From contig NC_092676.1 in NCBI RefSeq assembly GCF_964355755.1, forward strand, positions 28,848,871-28,912,870: a stretch of 64,000 nt of DNA, written 5' to 3'. The stretch comes from Antedon mediterranea. Taxonomy: Eukaryota > Animalia > Echinodermata. The translations under genes were made by a program, and so were the position numbers. Positions 11,601 to 25,721 of the stretch are shown here, in pieces. Positions within the stretch are counted from its first letter, which is position 1, and every line of letters begins with the position of its first letter. The notes beneath the pieces are model-generated. The model did not search any database. It worked only from the letters and a program-made list of their open reading frames with translations, and was not told where the DNA came from.

Positions 11601-14600
11601 GAAACTAATTGTACCTCATGTATCTGGCCACTCGGCAAAGTTCCAATCGCACTTTGTTAGTAAAACGTTCAAAACTCTTCATGTCATTCATCACTCCGTA
11701 TATCTTGTAAATTGCTTCGGGCGTTCGGTCCTTCGGCAATGTGTCGGCAATCTGTGGCAACCAGCTTGGGACTCGTAACTAATAATTATATACATAATTA
11801 TGTAAAAACAATTACGACACAAAGTAAAATTATGCATCCATCTAAAATACTTATATTTGCATTTGTCTTTGTGTCATTGTTTATCATGTTGAATGTATAT
11901 GGGGCGCCATACGCGGCAAAGTGCTGTGCGTATGCGTCTCGTAGATGTACTAGGTCATCATAAGACAAGGATACGCTTCTATTGCGAATATATTTATGTG
12001 ATGAATAATAATATTATGTAAGGAATTGAATTGTAACGCATTTTAAACGATTATATTGATTGTATTGTTTTTTCAAATTTTTGTTTTGTTTTTAATTTCA
12101 AGGTTTGTATTTTTCATGGTTTTGACAAGCGCCTTGAACAATTTGTGGATATGTGCACTGTATAAATCTTATTATCTATCTTTATGTACTGAATCCATAA
12201 TAAAGTTGAATGTTTACCGAGTAGCCTTTCTGAAATGTGTTTTTATTAAACCGTAGATTTTCCTTCTCTTCAGAGGTACGCGTAATGTAGTGTAGTTGTG
12301 CCACGAATGTTTCGGTTGTAGAATCCTTCGAACTGCGCAACATACACGACGCTATCAACGATACAACTTTAATGATCCGCATGGCTCGTTTTAAAGTTTC
12401 TCGTAGCTGAAAGGAACAATAAAATACATATTTATATTTATTGGAATCTGATTGGTTGATGGCGCGCGTATAAACTATAGTCAATCAATTGGATTGATTG
12501 GATAAGGTTTATCGCAAATAGCTTGATTTCGCAAGGAACGTCATTGCACAATGCATGGTGGGAAGGGTTTGGGAGCAAACGTCATGACGCGCACGTACAA
12601 ACAACAAATCACGTACGTGCGCATCGTGACGTTTGCGCGCTCCCAAAAACTTCCTATTTGTGATAAACTTGATTGGATAGTTCTTACTCTTGTTTTTCGT
12701 GCAATCGGGTCTTCGATTTCCGCGTCACTCAATCGATGCAGAATACGTGGTTTGCGTGCAGTCACAATCTCTCCGTGAAACCCTAACGACAAAGATCTAC
12801 AGTGATAAAAAGGAAACTTCAAAACACCCTATATATTAATTAAATAACCGAGAACATCACACATTAATAATTGGTGGGGCCGGGTACCGTAAACGTTGTT
12901 CGTATTTTAACATTACGTTATTCATAATTTAATTCGATGCTTCAGTATAGTTAGACAAATATAACCTTCCCTACTTCTCGATTCCATTATCATTATATAC
13001 AATTCTGCATTCAGAAAATTAAAAAAATAAATCATTCCGTACATCAGTCGTCGTACGACGCGCGCGTTCTAGTCACTGAGCATTCAAGGTTGGTTATTAT
13101 TACGTATTATACAACCAATAATCTAGTCACTGAGCATTCAAGGTTGGTTATTATTACGTATTATACAACCAATAATTCATCATAGCTATAATAAACACTA
13201 AACACATACAAATAATTAGATAAATTACTTATTGTGTATGATAAGACATTAACAGACACATGTTAATGATATAGCATTAGTATAATGGCAATATAAGTAC
13301 TTTGTTTGATCGTTACCCAGGTGATAATGTTGCCTAAATAAGTATTTTTAACCATGCGTGACCATGTTTGATTACGCGTACATCAGGGACACATTTACAA
13401 GAAGCTTTCATTATTCAAAACACTCAAAGGTAGAATGAGATAAAAACAAAAACATCGGGTGTTATCATCCAACCAAAAAATAAATTTTACTGTATAATGA
13501 ATTGTTTATTCGATCTACAAAAATGATGTATTGTTTACCTGCTGTTGTATTGACTAATTGTTCAAAAGGAAGTCTCTTAAGTATCCACTTAATAAGTAAA
13601 GAGTTGGCCACTCTCAAGTTCTCAAGTTGTTATCAAATCAGTATTGTAAACTCGGTAAATAAATATTCTTTCAAACGTTGTTTAATTTAGATGAATAGAA
13701 TCGAATACTTACACGGAGTTAGCCGACAACTGATACATAATCAGTGTAAAGCCTAAAATAAGCAACAACGAGGTTTTAAATGTCAATTAAGGCACACGGA
13801 AATAATGTATAAATCTATTTAAAAATGAAATTGGAAAAAAAATTAAAGGCAAGAAAATGATAACAGATAATCTATGGCACGATCCTGTGCTGTTCGTAAA
13901 CTCGGTGTTCAGTTACTTGACGTATTGTTTGAGATCTTAAACTAGCAACGGCAAAAAAAAACCCAAACAAAATCAACTAATCGTAACAATCACACTACTG
14001 TATTAACCATTACAATCAATTGTAAGCTATATGTGCCCTGAGAACCAATGTGTAGGACGTACTTGATTATGAATTTGTATTACTTAAGTGTATCCGCTGA
14101 TTAACACACAATTGAATAAAATAAAATGCATTTTTGATTGGTTTTCAAGCAGATATAGCTAGGGTAATAATTGATTAATAAAAATGGCCTGGTACAACTA
14201 ATATGTCATACAGATACATACTATTTTGTTTATGTTCACGTTTAAGACAAAGGTGTATGTATGGAAGGCCTACTTATTAGATCTTAAATAATGCCTGTGT
14301 CGATAAATAACATTATGGAAGGCCTACTTATTAGATCTTAAATAATGCCTGTGTCGATAAATAAAATTATGGAAGGCCTACTTATTAGATCTTAGATAGA
14401 TAGATTATGATTTTGATATTAACATCTTTTCGATAAACTACAGATGAACTTTAACCCGACAAATGCAATTAACACAATCATGGGGGAACCAATAATAATT
14501 TACCTGAGCAGTTTTCTGCACCGTAAATCTGCTGTGGATACCTTTCTTGATGGTTTTGGTGTCGTACCAGTACCTTTACCTGTACTATCCTCCTCAACTA

Positions 14601-17600
14601 TTCTATCATCGATAACAGACCTACTCAACACAGGAGATGAATACGATATAAAGCGGTCCGATGTTTTTCTTTCTCTTCTGACTTCACTCGTACCACCATA
14701 CTTATTTTCAAATCCATGATTGTATAAAGGAAGCGACGTTCTTGTCCGGCAGTTTGTCGATTGGTCCCGAATTGTTATACCGCTAGATATCGGACAGACT
14801 CGCTGGTTGGACATTTCGTCTGTTTGAGTTTAAAATAGAGGATCGTTTGTCCCAGACTAACAACGCGGACCTTCTCATTCGCTGTTTTAATTGGTTAATT
14901 TTACACAATTGGTTATGTAGATTGTGTATTGTTTCTGTATCACGGAACAGGTGGTATATAAAACTTCCAAGTTGTTAATGTTTATTCTGTTTTCAGAGAA
15001 AAAGGAATTCTTTGTTGTTGTAATTATTTTTTTTGCTACCATCATACCTGGAAGTTGTAAGTATTAATCAATTTAATATTTTAAATCCAATTTTAATAGC
15101 GTGTGTAACACTAATTCTACCGAGAAGATGTCAAGTGGCATTTGTTTGTTAACTAGCCTAATAAACGAACGCATCAAAGTTTGAGCGAGCGCGTACAATT
15201 CTTTGTGGCTAGGACGCAACCTAGGTAACGCGTCGCAATTATACCAAAATGAAAAAAAAATTCAAATTTATCCGTATACGTGTTGTGATACTCTATTGAT
15301 TCGAATTATCCGTAGCTTGTGATTGGTCAAATTACTTGCGTTGTGCGCACAACTTACGTTGCGTCCTAGTGAAGACGCAGCTATAGACATGTTATCAACA
15401 CAGAAATTTGTGTGAAGAATCTAAGAGTTGTCACTTCTTTAGAAGAATAAGGCAATAAGAAATACTGGAAATACAATGAACATTTAATTTCGCAGATAGC
15501 TTAACCCTCTTACGATAATGACATAAAACATGACAAGACTGATGTATAGCATTATCACACGGATTTAACACACATTAAAAGTAAGCTATTAATTACTGTT
15601 ATGCTGTTTTCTGTAAAACACAGAGTTGCTCAATCTTTTAAATCAAGAAAGTGTAGAACAAGAGTGAGGATGTCTAGAGGTCTCGGAAGAAAACTCGTTA
15701 AAAAACATTAATATAGAATGGTTGTTGCGAAACGTTGCTACAATTTTGGAACAAACAAATTAAGGTAGGTGAAACGTTTTACATTACGTATATATATAAT
15801 CAAAGTAATTCTCAGGCGTACAACAGTTGTAATAATTCCTGTTTTATATAAGGCATGTTTACACTGTGACGATATAGTTCCGGGACTCAAAATTGTCTTT
15901 TGCTTTCTTTATGGAAATGTACATTTATCTTCTTACGAGTCTTTATGAAGGAAATAAATACCATATCATTAATTAGACTATAGTCTTATAGATGTCAGTT
16001 GTTTAGATTTCATAACACATAATTTAGACAAAAACAGCAATTAAATTAAATTTAATTACATAATTCAATTTTCACGAACGTTAAACAAAAAAAACTTTGT
16101 GCAGTGATGTTCATGAGAAATGTATACGTGATGTCTAGTTAATTTAAATAGCGCCCTCAGCGACGAATGGGTTACATTAATAATGTTAATGTTTGGTTGA
16201 TGTAGAAAAAAAGATATGTGAAACAAACATACAAATATTAATTTAATTGTAGTTATTTTTGGATTTTTGGTAAACATTTGAAGTGCGCTCAAACGTTGAT
16301 AAAATATAACAGCATTTGTACGCGCGCGTTAATATTTTTATTTCTATAATAATATACTTAATTTTCACACGGTGATGTCACCGCTGCATTTTTGAACTAG
16401 TATATCATTATCTATTTCATTCAACTAAAAATGTTATAGCCTATAGACAAATGTATGTGGCTCATTTGTCAAGAGTCAGTTTAAATAGTAAATCACGTTA
16501 ATATAATAGATAAAAGCTATGGATTAAATCAAGGATGCTGTACTTTGATTGATCGTATATTCATGCAAAGATACTAAAGCATGTAACCATGCTTTAGGTA
16601 GGTAAGTAGTTAATTCATTACTACAAACTTTATGCATTTCTGGCCATGTAGAATTTGAAGAGGTGGGGGCAAAGGAAGGATGAGATAAAAATAAATTGTG
16701 TAGATGTAGATAAAGAGAAGCATTAAACCTTCTCATTAACTTTGAAGATGTTTGTTGATAAAATAAATCATCAAGGTTCCAATACAACGATAATATTTTA
16801 ACAGTACTGTATAATTATTTTACTTTAAGCAATGATAATTATTCGGATTGTAAAAAATACAAATATTGAACAGTAGGCCTAAGTTCGTATGGCGCGCCAA
16901 GTACGCCTAAACTTATATAATAGCATAATATGGTAGAGTACAGTAAATGTTCGATGTTCATGACACAAGGTTAGTATAACCACACCACAAATGTCCTCTA
17001 CTAAGTTTATTCTGTGCTGCTTGATCCCTGGATTGGATTGTTAATGCTGAAGGATATCCACCCAATAATTATTTAAAAATATCTATTTTTTAATTTTGAT
17101 GAAATTGATATTAAATGTTCAAAATCACCCAAGGCGGCACTACATATTTAATTTTACGCCATTAAAATCATTGTATGAATTCAAGGGTAGACCTTGGATG
17201 AGTTAAAAAAAAATAATTCCTTAATGTTAATTGAACTTCCGTTGTAAAGGTCACGTACGTGAAGATGGCCATTATTGTATTTATGTGGGTTGAAATACGA
17301 AGTTAAAATTAAACTTTTTTCTACTCTCGCAAATTTACTCTCCGCATTTTGCATTTATTACAAAATTGATGAGGAGCAGCACTCTACATAACAGTGACAA
17401 TTAACCATGCTTTGTCGCGTCGCGTCACGTGTGTGCGCGGGGGTGCGTGCGTACATCAACTCACCCAATTGACTCTATCGATACAGTAGGTGAACTCCGT
17501 GTCCTCTCACTCGATACTGCATATCGTCTTTCTTTTACTCTGCCCTCTGGCGGCAGGTTGTCGACTGTACCGACTGATATACTGCCCATACTTCCAGAAC

Positions 17601-20600
17601 TTTGGCAGTTTCTCTCCCGTCTGCAGGGTAATTGTTGGAAAAAAAGAAAAGAAAATTGCTTTTCCCGTGAAACATAACAACATTTGTATAAAGGCAGCGC
17701 AGAAGAAAAAAAACTTTATAAAGATTGATTTCATTGTTTAAATCTTTTCTTTCAATATACTGTATTTTGAAGTCATTACCAATACCATATATTTCTATTT
17801 TGGAAATAGGCTAAAACATTTATTATTATTAGACTGAAGAACTTACAAATCAAGTAGGTGATTACCCCAATTATGGTATAACATATCAGACGTCCAAAAG
17901 CTACTCTTCATTTGCATTTGGAAGATGACGTCACTGGTTATCCCAATATGCTTACGCGTTGTGATTCTTCTATGAAGATCTTTCTTTAATCTACCGCTAG
18001 TTCGGTGTTTAATATTTTCTTGCGAATCGTAAGCTGCTGAACTGTCTTCATCGTCACTACAGTAGCTGCAGCTGGTACAGCGTTCATACTGAGACATTGC
18101 AGGTGAGTTGTAGGTACCAGAAGTGGGACACTTTGGCGTTCGCATGTACTGAAGACGATCATTTCCATCATCAATGTCTTTAGGCTTACCAAGTATCAAT
18201 CGGTCACTTGTCTCGAATAAAGATTTGATATATGTAGGAGGTGATCTTGGTGGTAATAAAGGGTTGGCAGTAACCGGTCTAGTTCTGATTCTTTGGCTAG
18301 CCGGTTTACCGCCAACTTGTTTTGTGCGTGATTTTGGCGCAGGCGCAGTGAGTGGTCTTATACGTCTGCTGTTGAGCGTCATCGTATGCTCCATCCTACA
18401 TAGAAACGAATAATGAAATAAATATTGGTTTTAGGAATTAAATAACTTCATATGGGAGTACAAAAAAGAAACAGTAGTTTATTTCCTCTTTGGTATTGTA
18501 AACATTGACCGAAAAAAATTGATGTGTTTCTCTCAGAAACATCAGTCCGCCCTCCTTTAAAATAACGTTTTTCTGATACTTTAGTTGGTTCTCTAAATGT
18601 GATTTAAAGAAGTAAATCATTAAAAAATAACTATTAGTTTTATTCTTACCTTGTTTAACCAAAATGCTGGTCACATTCTTGGTCTTTGGCGTAGATATTG
18701 TAATAAACGTCACCGGCCGTTGACTTAATCTCACTACAGCTCAAATAGGATTCACTTTTTCATTCGAATAATTAAAACACACGACGGCACCAGACAATGT
18801 AATTAAACAAATAAACCTTAGTTAATTTTCTCTGAAATCTGCTACTTCTTCCTAATTAAAAAGCACAGTTAGTATCTATTTCTGCAGTGTATATTAAACA
18901 TATAGATTGTCTAAATGAGGAACAAGCCACATCCTTAATTAACTGTTATTATGACTTGCTTTCGATGTTGTTGGTCATAACATTACGTTAGAACATAACA
19001 TAAAGGCCATCATAAATGTGTTCAAATTATGTAGACACACTGTGACGAGACCTATATGATAGCAATAATGATGATAATTTAAAAAGCAACTCAACAGCAC
19101 ACATTTTACAAGGCTAAATTTAATACTGCGAGTAGTTTAACACAAATTTGACGCACGAGTACGAAAAGCGTTGATTATTATCAGCTTTTGAACACGCGAG
19201 CGTACCAAGTGCGTGTATATCTTGTGTATATTGATGATGATGATGCAATATTAAAGGGCTGGTTTAGATTAATGTTCAACCTTCCAGTATACGATAATAA
19301 GCACGTTATATAATTATAACATTAGCGAATAGTATAATTATATTATTTCCATGCATACAATTACAATGTTTGGATACGACAACGTTATTAATTAAAATGT
19401 TCAGTATTTGCTGATAAATAATTTATTCTGTATTAATATTATTCACCTGCATAAATCTAATGTTTTAATTTGTTTTGAGCACATTGGACTTAATTATGGT
19501 TTATGCAGTGTGGCTTATACCACCTATCGATTCTTTACATTATTAGATGTTAAGTCGCACTGGTTACGATTACATTACGTCAAAATGGTATGTTTATTAT
19601 TTTGTGATAATGGTCTAAAAGCAAATTGGGAGATAATGACAGCAATTTGTCCAAAACACACACTCTTACGCCCGTATTCTTAAACCGGACTTTAGTCGTA
19701 GTTCGAAGTTCGACTTGAAAAAGTCGTAGTTCGAGCTATTACTTCAAATTCGATTCAAAAACGAAGTAGTCGAAGTTTGCAGTTCGACTTAATGAAGTCG
19801 AGCTTTTAGTCGAGTTGCAGTTGGGTAACAAAGGCTATACATTGGCCAATGACAAGAGAGTATTTGAGGAGCAGACGAAATTTTGCGCATTGATATCACT
19901 TTCCATTTTCTTACAACACTTTTTACGCATCGGGACTATACATGAAAAATAATTTTAATCGTTAATTTATTAGAACAAGATGAGTATTAATTTAACAGTG
20001 AAGTACTTTTGATTAACAACAAACAAAATCTTCAAAATATATTTAGGAACTATGGCGGTACGGTAACTTTTATATTTTCTAAGCCCCCAACAAAGTATGA
20101 TCGCGACGAACCACGCACTTCAAAGCGTGAAAAGAAAGCGCTAGGCCCCCTAACATTCCATCGCGTGGTGAATTTCCGCATCTGCCATTGTCGCTATGTT
20201 AATAATAATGTTAGAAATAGCACTTCCATTAATTTTTGGACAAACTTTTTCATTGAAGTGAATATAAAAACATATATTCTAACGATTTTAACACCATAAT
20301 TAAGTATCTGTGCCTAGCGGTTTCGAAGATACATAGTACGTTATTAAAAATGGCCGCCATTTTAATTATGCAAATTAGGCTACTTCCTGTTGTCGAAAAA
20401 TGTCCTAACGTTGATTTCGGTAGGGGTCTAAAAAACACATTTCATCAAAAAAACCTTTTCTTGCAATTTGTGTGAGTTAAAAGTCTAAATCCCATGGACT
20501 AATGGCGTGACGTAGTTGAAGTCGGACTTGCGCGAAGAAAATTATGTAATTTGTATACAGTTGTAAATAAAGATGATTTTCATTATTATAACATATACCA

Positions 20601-21671
20601 ATATATATTTAATTAAGCTAATATAAAAATAGATATTTCATTCTTCAATATCTGGCCAATATAACAACTCAATGACTGTTACGTTTTTCATAAACATCGT
20701 TTAAAAACCATTTAGTCGACCATTTAGCCTGCCCCCTCCAGGACTAAAAAAATCGATCAAAATCCGTCTCGATTTAGTCGAGGTTGGCCTGAATTAGTCG
20801 GCGATTTAGTTGAAGTTCGGTTTATGAATTAAAATGACGTCATTTTTTTAGTTTTAGCTCGAACTACGACTAAAGTCCGGTTTAAGAATACGGGCGAGCG
20901 TATGAAACTGCCCACTAATTAAGAGCTATATGCATCTGAGCAACTAAATTAATCACTTCCAAATTAACTTGGCTAATGTACACGAAGCATGTCCTCTAAC
21001 ATGGTAATTGAAATCAAATAAACTTACAAAATCTTCTCTAATTGAATAAGAAAATGCTAAAAATGTCCACAAGAAGCTTATAACATCGACACAAAAGAAA
21101 TAGAAACTAATAATAATAATGACCAGATTCAGACTTAGGCCTACTCGTAAAACCAAATCAAATGTTTCCTTATTTGCTTAAACAACATAAAATGTATCGT
21201 ATATAATGTTTTATTAGTGAGGCTACGAGTCCAAATATTTACTTCGGTAAAAAGGAGGACATTTTATAAGCTTAAAATAAATTAGTATTTGGCTAGGCCT
21301 AGAAGTGAGTCGATGGTGATCACTGGTGTGTCTTGACTTACCCTTAAATACTTGCTACTCAGCAGCAAACTTGCAGCCTATCTTGAGTGATTGAAAAATG
21401 AAAAAAAATATTATGTTAACCTCTTCTTTGATACTTAAATTAAGTATCCTCTTTTACTAGTTTTTACAAATAATGGTTTAGCTATACTACCGTACTAATT
21501 CTATCAACACATTATATGGCCTAACGAGTTTTGGCTTTGATACTTAAATAACTTTAGGCCTACCAATACATTTTCACACTGACTATGACTTTGATACTTA
21601 AATCATTCCAGCAATACAACAAATGTATTTACTTACCTTGTCTTTCTCCTCCAATTCATCAATTGTGTCAT
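5639..21671 (-). CDS. Cyclic nucleotide-binding domain-containing protein, CNBD2-like (one intact and one degenerate cNMP domain, long low-complexity N-terminus)
   Basis: Phase-consistent exons on the minus strand: 14819-14504, 12796-12688, 12406-12218, 11778-11615, 11373-11214, 10859-10711, 9051-8913, 8806-8606, 7499-7333, 6130-5917, 5671-5639 (stop). They encode RVIVRQGHVGFGFYFIYSGSVFV...KGACFGELALLGDGRRTASIICREPTELFEIEK (cNMP domain) and IPTDEELYMKYLSDINWQTYK. Upstream exons 21671-21637, 18395-17847 and 17620-17465 splice in frame with each other, but joining them to 14819 needs one more phase 2-to-1 exon that I could not fix, so the 5' part is less certain. Confidence 0.8.
6634..7267. mobile_element. 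Non-autonomous TTAA-flanked DNA transposon (Kolobok-like ends)
   Basis: TTAA-AGCCCCATTCCCT at the left end and AGGGAAGGGGTCT-TTAA at the right end form imperfect TIRs with AG/CT termini. Intronic, about 630 bp. Confidence 0.55.
7993..8295. mobile_element. Two tandem copies of MITE family A (TIR AGCTCTGTCTACACTATCAAAC; probably PIF/Harbinger-derived)
   Basis: Copies at 7993-8121 and 8175-8295, each bordered by TCATTATATGGCGACTATA, indicating a local tandem duplication. The family recurs at about 11472-11511 (internally deleted, TAA on both sides), 23326-23471, 34962-35325 (split), 35953-36060, 40371-40450, 47618-47748, 48198-48340, 56719-57809 (split), 60780-60884, 62003-62108 and 62336-62476. 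Confidence 0.85.
8510..8600. repeat. (ATCA/TCAA)n-type microsatellite
   Basis: catcaatcatcaatcaatcgtcaatcaatc..., directly beside the donor of exon 8806-8606. Confidence 0.85.
9732..10576. mobile_element. Non-autonomous hAT-like element nested in a MITE family B copy
   Basis: Ends CAGGGGCGGATCCAGG ... CCCGGATCCGCCACTG. The host sequence AAATCAAACCTGCGCTGTTTGCAGCACT|..TTGCGTCGT is contiguous in the related copy at about 37650-37700 (opposite strand). Confidence 0.6.
10985..11065 (-). mobile_element. tRNA-derived SINE head fragment
   Basis: The minus strand carries a B-box-like CAGGGTTCAATCCTG hairpin downstream of a degenerate A-box (TGGTTAACATG). No intact cloverleaf. Confidence 0.45.
19670..20896. 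mobile_element. About 1.2-kb non-autonomous TIR DNA transposon
   Basis: About 37-bp perfect TIRs: GCCCGTATTCTTAAACCGGACTTTAGTCGTAGTTCGA and TCGAACTACGACTAAAGTCCGGTTTAAGAATACGGGC, with subterminal AGTCGA/TTCGA repeats. No transposase ORF and no clear TSD. Confidence 0.8.
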
Positions 21672-23325
21672 TTTGTACGTGTTAGTTTTCCATAATATCC
21701 ATAACTACCAAACCTCTGACATAATACCGTTATCATTGAGTAAATGTAGATAACCTAACCGTTACTTAATCGATCTAAAACCTACACACAACAAACTATT
21801 GAATTTGATCTTTAGACTTTTGATGAATAGAGGGGTAGACATCATGTGCTGGTATTTAACTAATTAGCTTACTGGGCAATCATGGACAATCTTGTATAAA
21901 TTATTTTATAAATCTTGTATAAATGTATTTTTATATGTATGTTATGTATAGTTTATGTTATCACTTTGTATGTATTTTTTATGATTTTCCTAATAATTCA
22001 AATCAAATCAAACTGTTTTTTTTCCGAATCGTATGATCCAGATCACAGACGCATGATTCAAGAGAATTTATTTTTGAATGAATAAAAAAAAATACTGTAT
22101 ACTTATAATTATGTCCTCTGTCTTTTATACCCATCAAAAAGTGAGAAACAGGTACAAGACAAGTCACGTATACACTGTGCTTATAAACTGAGTCTCACTT
22201 GAGATTTAGGGTGTGGGATAGTATTTAACTGATTGTCAGAATGAACAGCAACCGGTCAATTACGTCACTGACGGGTGATGTAAGAGATTGTTTAAACCAT
22301 AGAGATATTATAGTGAACTATAATATCTCTATGTTTAAACACATTAATAAAAAATGATATGGTATACTAATTCATGATTTTATTATACTTCATTTTATAC
22401 GCGATAGAGAAACTCGCCAATATGAAGTATAAACTGCAATCTCTCGTGCTTATAAACCGAGTTTCATTTGAGGTTTAGGGAGTAGAAAGAGTTACAATCC
22501 CGGTAAAGGCAAGCACGTTCCACCAAGCTCAGAATTCTTGGAGGTTTCAATAAATAGATTGAAATCAATTGAAAACAAATCATTTGTTGTCTAAATAGTA
22601 TAAGAACACTTCATTGATCATTAAAGGATACTTAGAATATCGATTGGGCCACTTAAACACCATGCTGCTCTTATTGAAAATCGATACACAAACGTGTCTG
22701 CGTCGTAATCACCCTTAATAATAATGCGTGGTTACAACACAACGACGCAACCAATCACAAGCGATTATTCGAACTATTGCTTGTGATTGGTCAACTCGCT
22801 TGCGTTGCGTCTACGTCCTTGCGTTGCGTCCTAGTGGGAACCGAGATTAAGGTAAAATAATAAGGTATAGATTTATTTACGCTAATTTGATATATGCGAT
22901 GTCGAAGAAAAGAATATTTCCATGTACGATGTTATGGAATAAATCAAGTTAATTTGATTTGCCATGCGTTCGCACAATAAAATATATTACAAGTGAACGA
23001 CAATGATTATGTTCATAGCCGAAGAATGAGGATGGACCTGCTCGGTCGATTGTCGTGCCGGAGGGAGGAGAAGCTGAGGGACTAAAGCGGTAGATTGGAG
23101 CGTTCTATTTCCATCACATATAATTACAGGAGATTAGTGAGATACTATTAAAAATTGTACATATAACGACCTCTCGATATCGATATTGTACTATCATGGA
23201 AATCATAGTATATCAAATACTAACAAATCTAATCAAGTAAATGCAATTATGTATTTGTTATCTAAATCAGATTACATGTTATTTAGGTTATTGATGTAAA
23301 CATTGACAAATCAGAATACATCTAA

Positions 23326-23471
23326 AGATCTATCTACACTATCAAACTTTATGTGATAAAAAAAATGTAATGTGGACATGATGATATTACTTGGATATTT
23401 GGGCATATCACTATTCTATTTGGGCACATCACATTTTTTGGTAAAACTAGTTTGATAGTGTAGACAGATCT
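23326..23471. mobile_element. MITE family A, full-length copy
   Basis: AGATCTATCTACACTATCAAAC ... GTTTGATAGTGTAGACAGATCT. Confidence 0.85.
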
Positions 23472-24971
23472 TTATTTAGGTTATGTGAACATTGACAAAT
23501 GTTGATGTTTAATGATGGGCTATGGCGGGGTGTGGGTTATCCACGAAGCATTTAGATTGGTAGATAGATGTGCCGAAGCTTTGGATTCTTAGTCAAATGT
23601 ATTAAGGATTTGGTTGGTTTTCATCAAATGTTAATTAATACAACATCAATAAATAGATAATAAAAATGGCATAGTAGACAAAGAAGAAGCAGGCCCAATT
23701 ATTAATAACTATGATATAAACAACGAGATAGTGTACAAAACGTACAAACACGCAATAGCAAAGTAACAAGCAAACGAGACAACGAAACAATATTGATAGA
23801 AGAGACAAACAACTGGTTGGTGGTTCTGTTCGGTGGTATGTTGCTTCGGTTATGAGGCAAAGCCGGTGACGTCATGAAAACGACGCCCGCGTAAAATAAA
23901 TACAAATGCGCGCATTGGCTACGGTTTTTGAACGTGGTTATGTGATTGAGAGTCCTTTTGATCTCCAAGTCATCGAAAATATTGCCTATCGGGTTTTAAT
24001 TAACTATCTTCAATTTCCAATAGTTCATTAATTTAAAACTTCATTAGGAGTTGATGTCATTTTACCCCGTACAATTAATTCTTAAAAACGAATATTCCTA
24101 TCAGCAAAAACGATACTCGGAATCAAATTTCAACATTAATTCATTACCCAATTTTCTAACAATCTATCGACGAATATTCATGTTTAAAAGAACAATATTA
24201 TTATACAAGAAGAGTATACTAATCAAATCGCTTACCATGTGGGTAGGCCCTGAAAACTTCTCAACACATTTTCATTAAACTAAGTGGTTTTATGATGAAA
24301 AAGCTAGAATTAGAACTATATCGAAATTAAGAGCAAGAGGTTAGATTACAAGTATTAGGCCTAATTGCTGTGCTAAGTTAATTGATGATTATCTAGGAAA
24401 AAAAGTACTCAATATAAAATGGCAAAATAATTTTAAAAAAAAAGAAAAATAATAATTTCGTGCCATGGTAAACCCACACATCCTTCTTTTTTTTATTATG
24501 GAGTGAAAAATTAAACAGTAAAAATGAAAAGAAAAAAAAGTCAAATGATAATGCTTGGTTCTCATTAGAATACAACGCAATGACGTAACGCAAGGACGTA
24601 ACTCGATGACGTAATGCAAGGACGTAAGCGCAATTCAGTTCGAATAATTCATAATTGGTCAAATTACTTGCGTTGCGCTACGTCCTTGCGTTCAAAACCA
24701 AAATGAATATGGTTGACCATTGCCGCAATGCTATTGCTCACCAAACAAAACCAGTCAAAACAAAAAAGACAATGAAAATGGATTGAAATTTAAACGTAGA
24801 GATTTAGCGAATGTTAAATGATTTAATTATATTGTACTGTTTTTAAAAGTTAATTGTTTTTAATTCAACATTCTAACAAGTTTTTGAGGTCGATATCTTC
24901 TATAATTTAATACTATTACAAAATCCAATTACCAGCACTACACCATCTAAATCTTAGTATTTGTGTACAAT

Positions 24972-25040
24972 ATATCTCTATGGTAACGCATAAACAACTA
25001 CAGCCAACCGTCAGTAGGTTCAACAACGCATGCGCAGTGC
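24972..25040. promoter_or_regulatory. Candidate promoter elements: RFX X-box-like site and NRF1-like site
   Basis: ATCTCTATGGTAAC (GTTACCATAGAGAT on the minus strand) and CGCATGCGCA lie within 60 bp, in the interval between the divergent CNBD and guanylyl cyclase genes. Confidence 0.35.
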
Positions 25041-25721
25041 ACTTTATGTACTTAAACATCCTCTGAATGAAGTTTCATTTAGTGATCTAAATTTTACAGA
25101 CAAATGAGGATCTTGAGTCCATCAATCAGCCTGCGGTAGTATCATCTCATGTCACGGCAAGCGTGGATGCTTTGCAGGTGTAAAAGGTCGCATTGTGAAA
25201 ATGGTAGGTTTACATTATGTTTCTATTCTACCTGTGTGCTTGCTCTGATATATTTTAACAATCACGGTATGGTTAGTTTAAACAAGTGTACAATCAGTTG
25301 GATGTTTCGCCCGGTTTATGCCTCTACTAAGAGCTTTTTTAAATAACTTGTTACCGAACATTTCTGTCATACTCAATGGATACGGTAATCATTCTTCAAA
25401 TGTGAACATACAATTGAAAAAATCGGTACAAAAGGAATCCATGAGTAGGGGAAAAATTACAAAAGGCTTTCTACCTTCTAAGAGTTTTATCAGATAATTT
25501 ATATTGTTTTGACAACTCTTGTAACATGACCACAGAGCTGATTTGCCATTTGCCCCCTAACTGAATATGGACAGTCGATAATGTTGATGTCCGATGCTTT
25601 ATTTATTAATTATCTTCATTTATAATAATATTAAGTATCAATTCTTGTTGTTTATTCTACAATTATGTTGTTACTTATTAATTAAGTGGAAATAAGTTGT
25701 TTTTTGTGCAGCAACCATGTT

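Noticed and set aside
13068-14395. Short tandem duplications (about 54 bp x2 at 13068-13175; about 54 bp x2.5 at 14260-14395)
   Set aside because: Ordinary intronic slippage duplications with no further structure.
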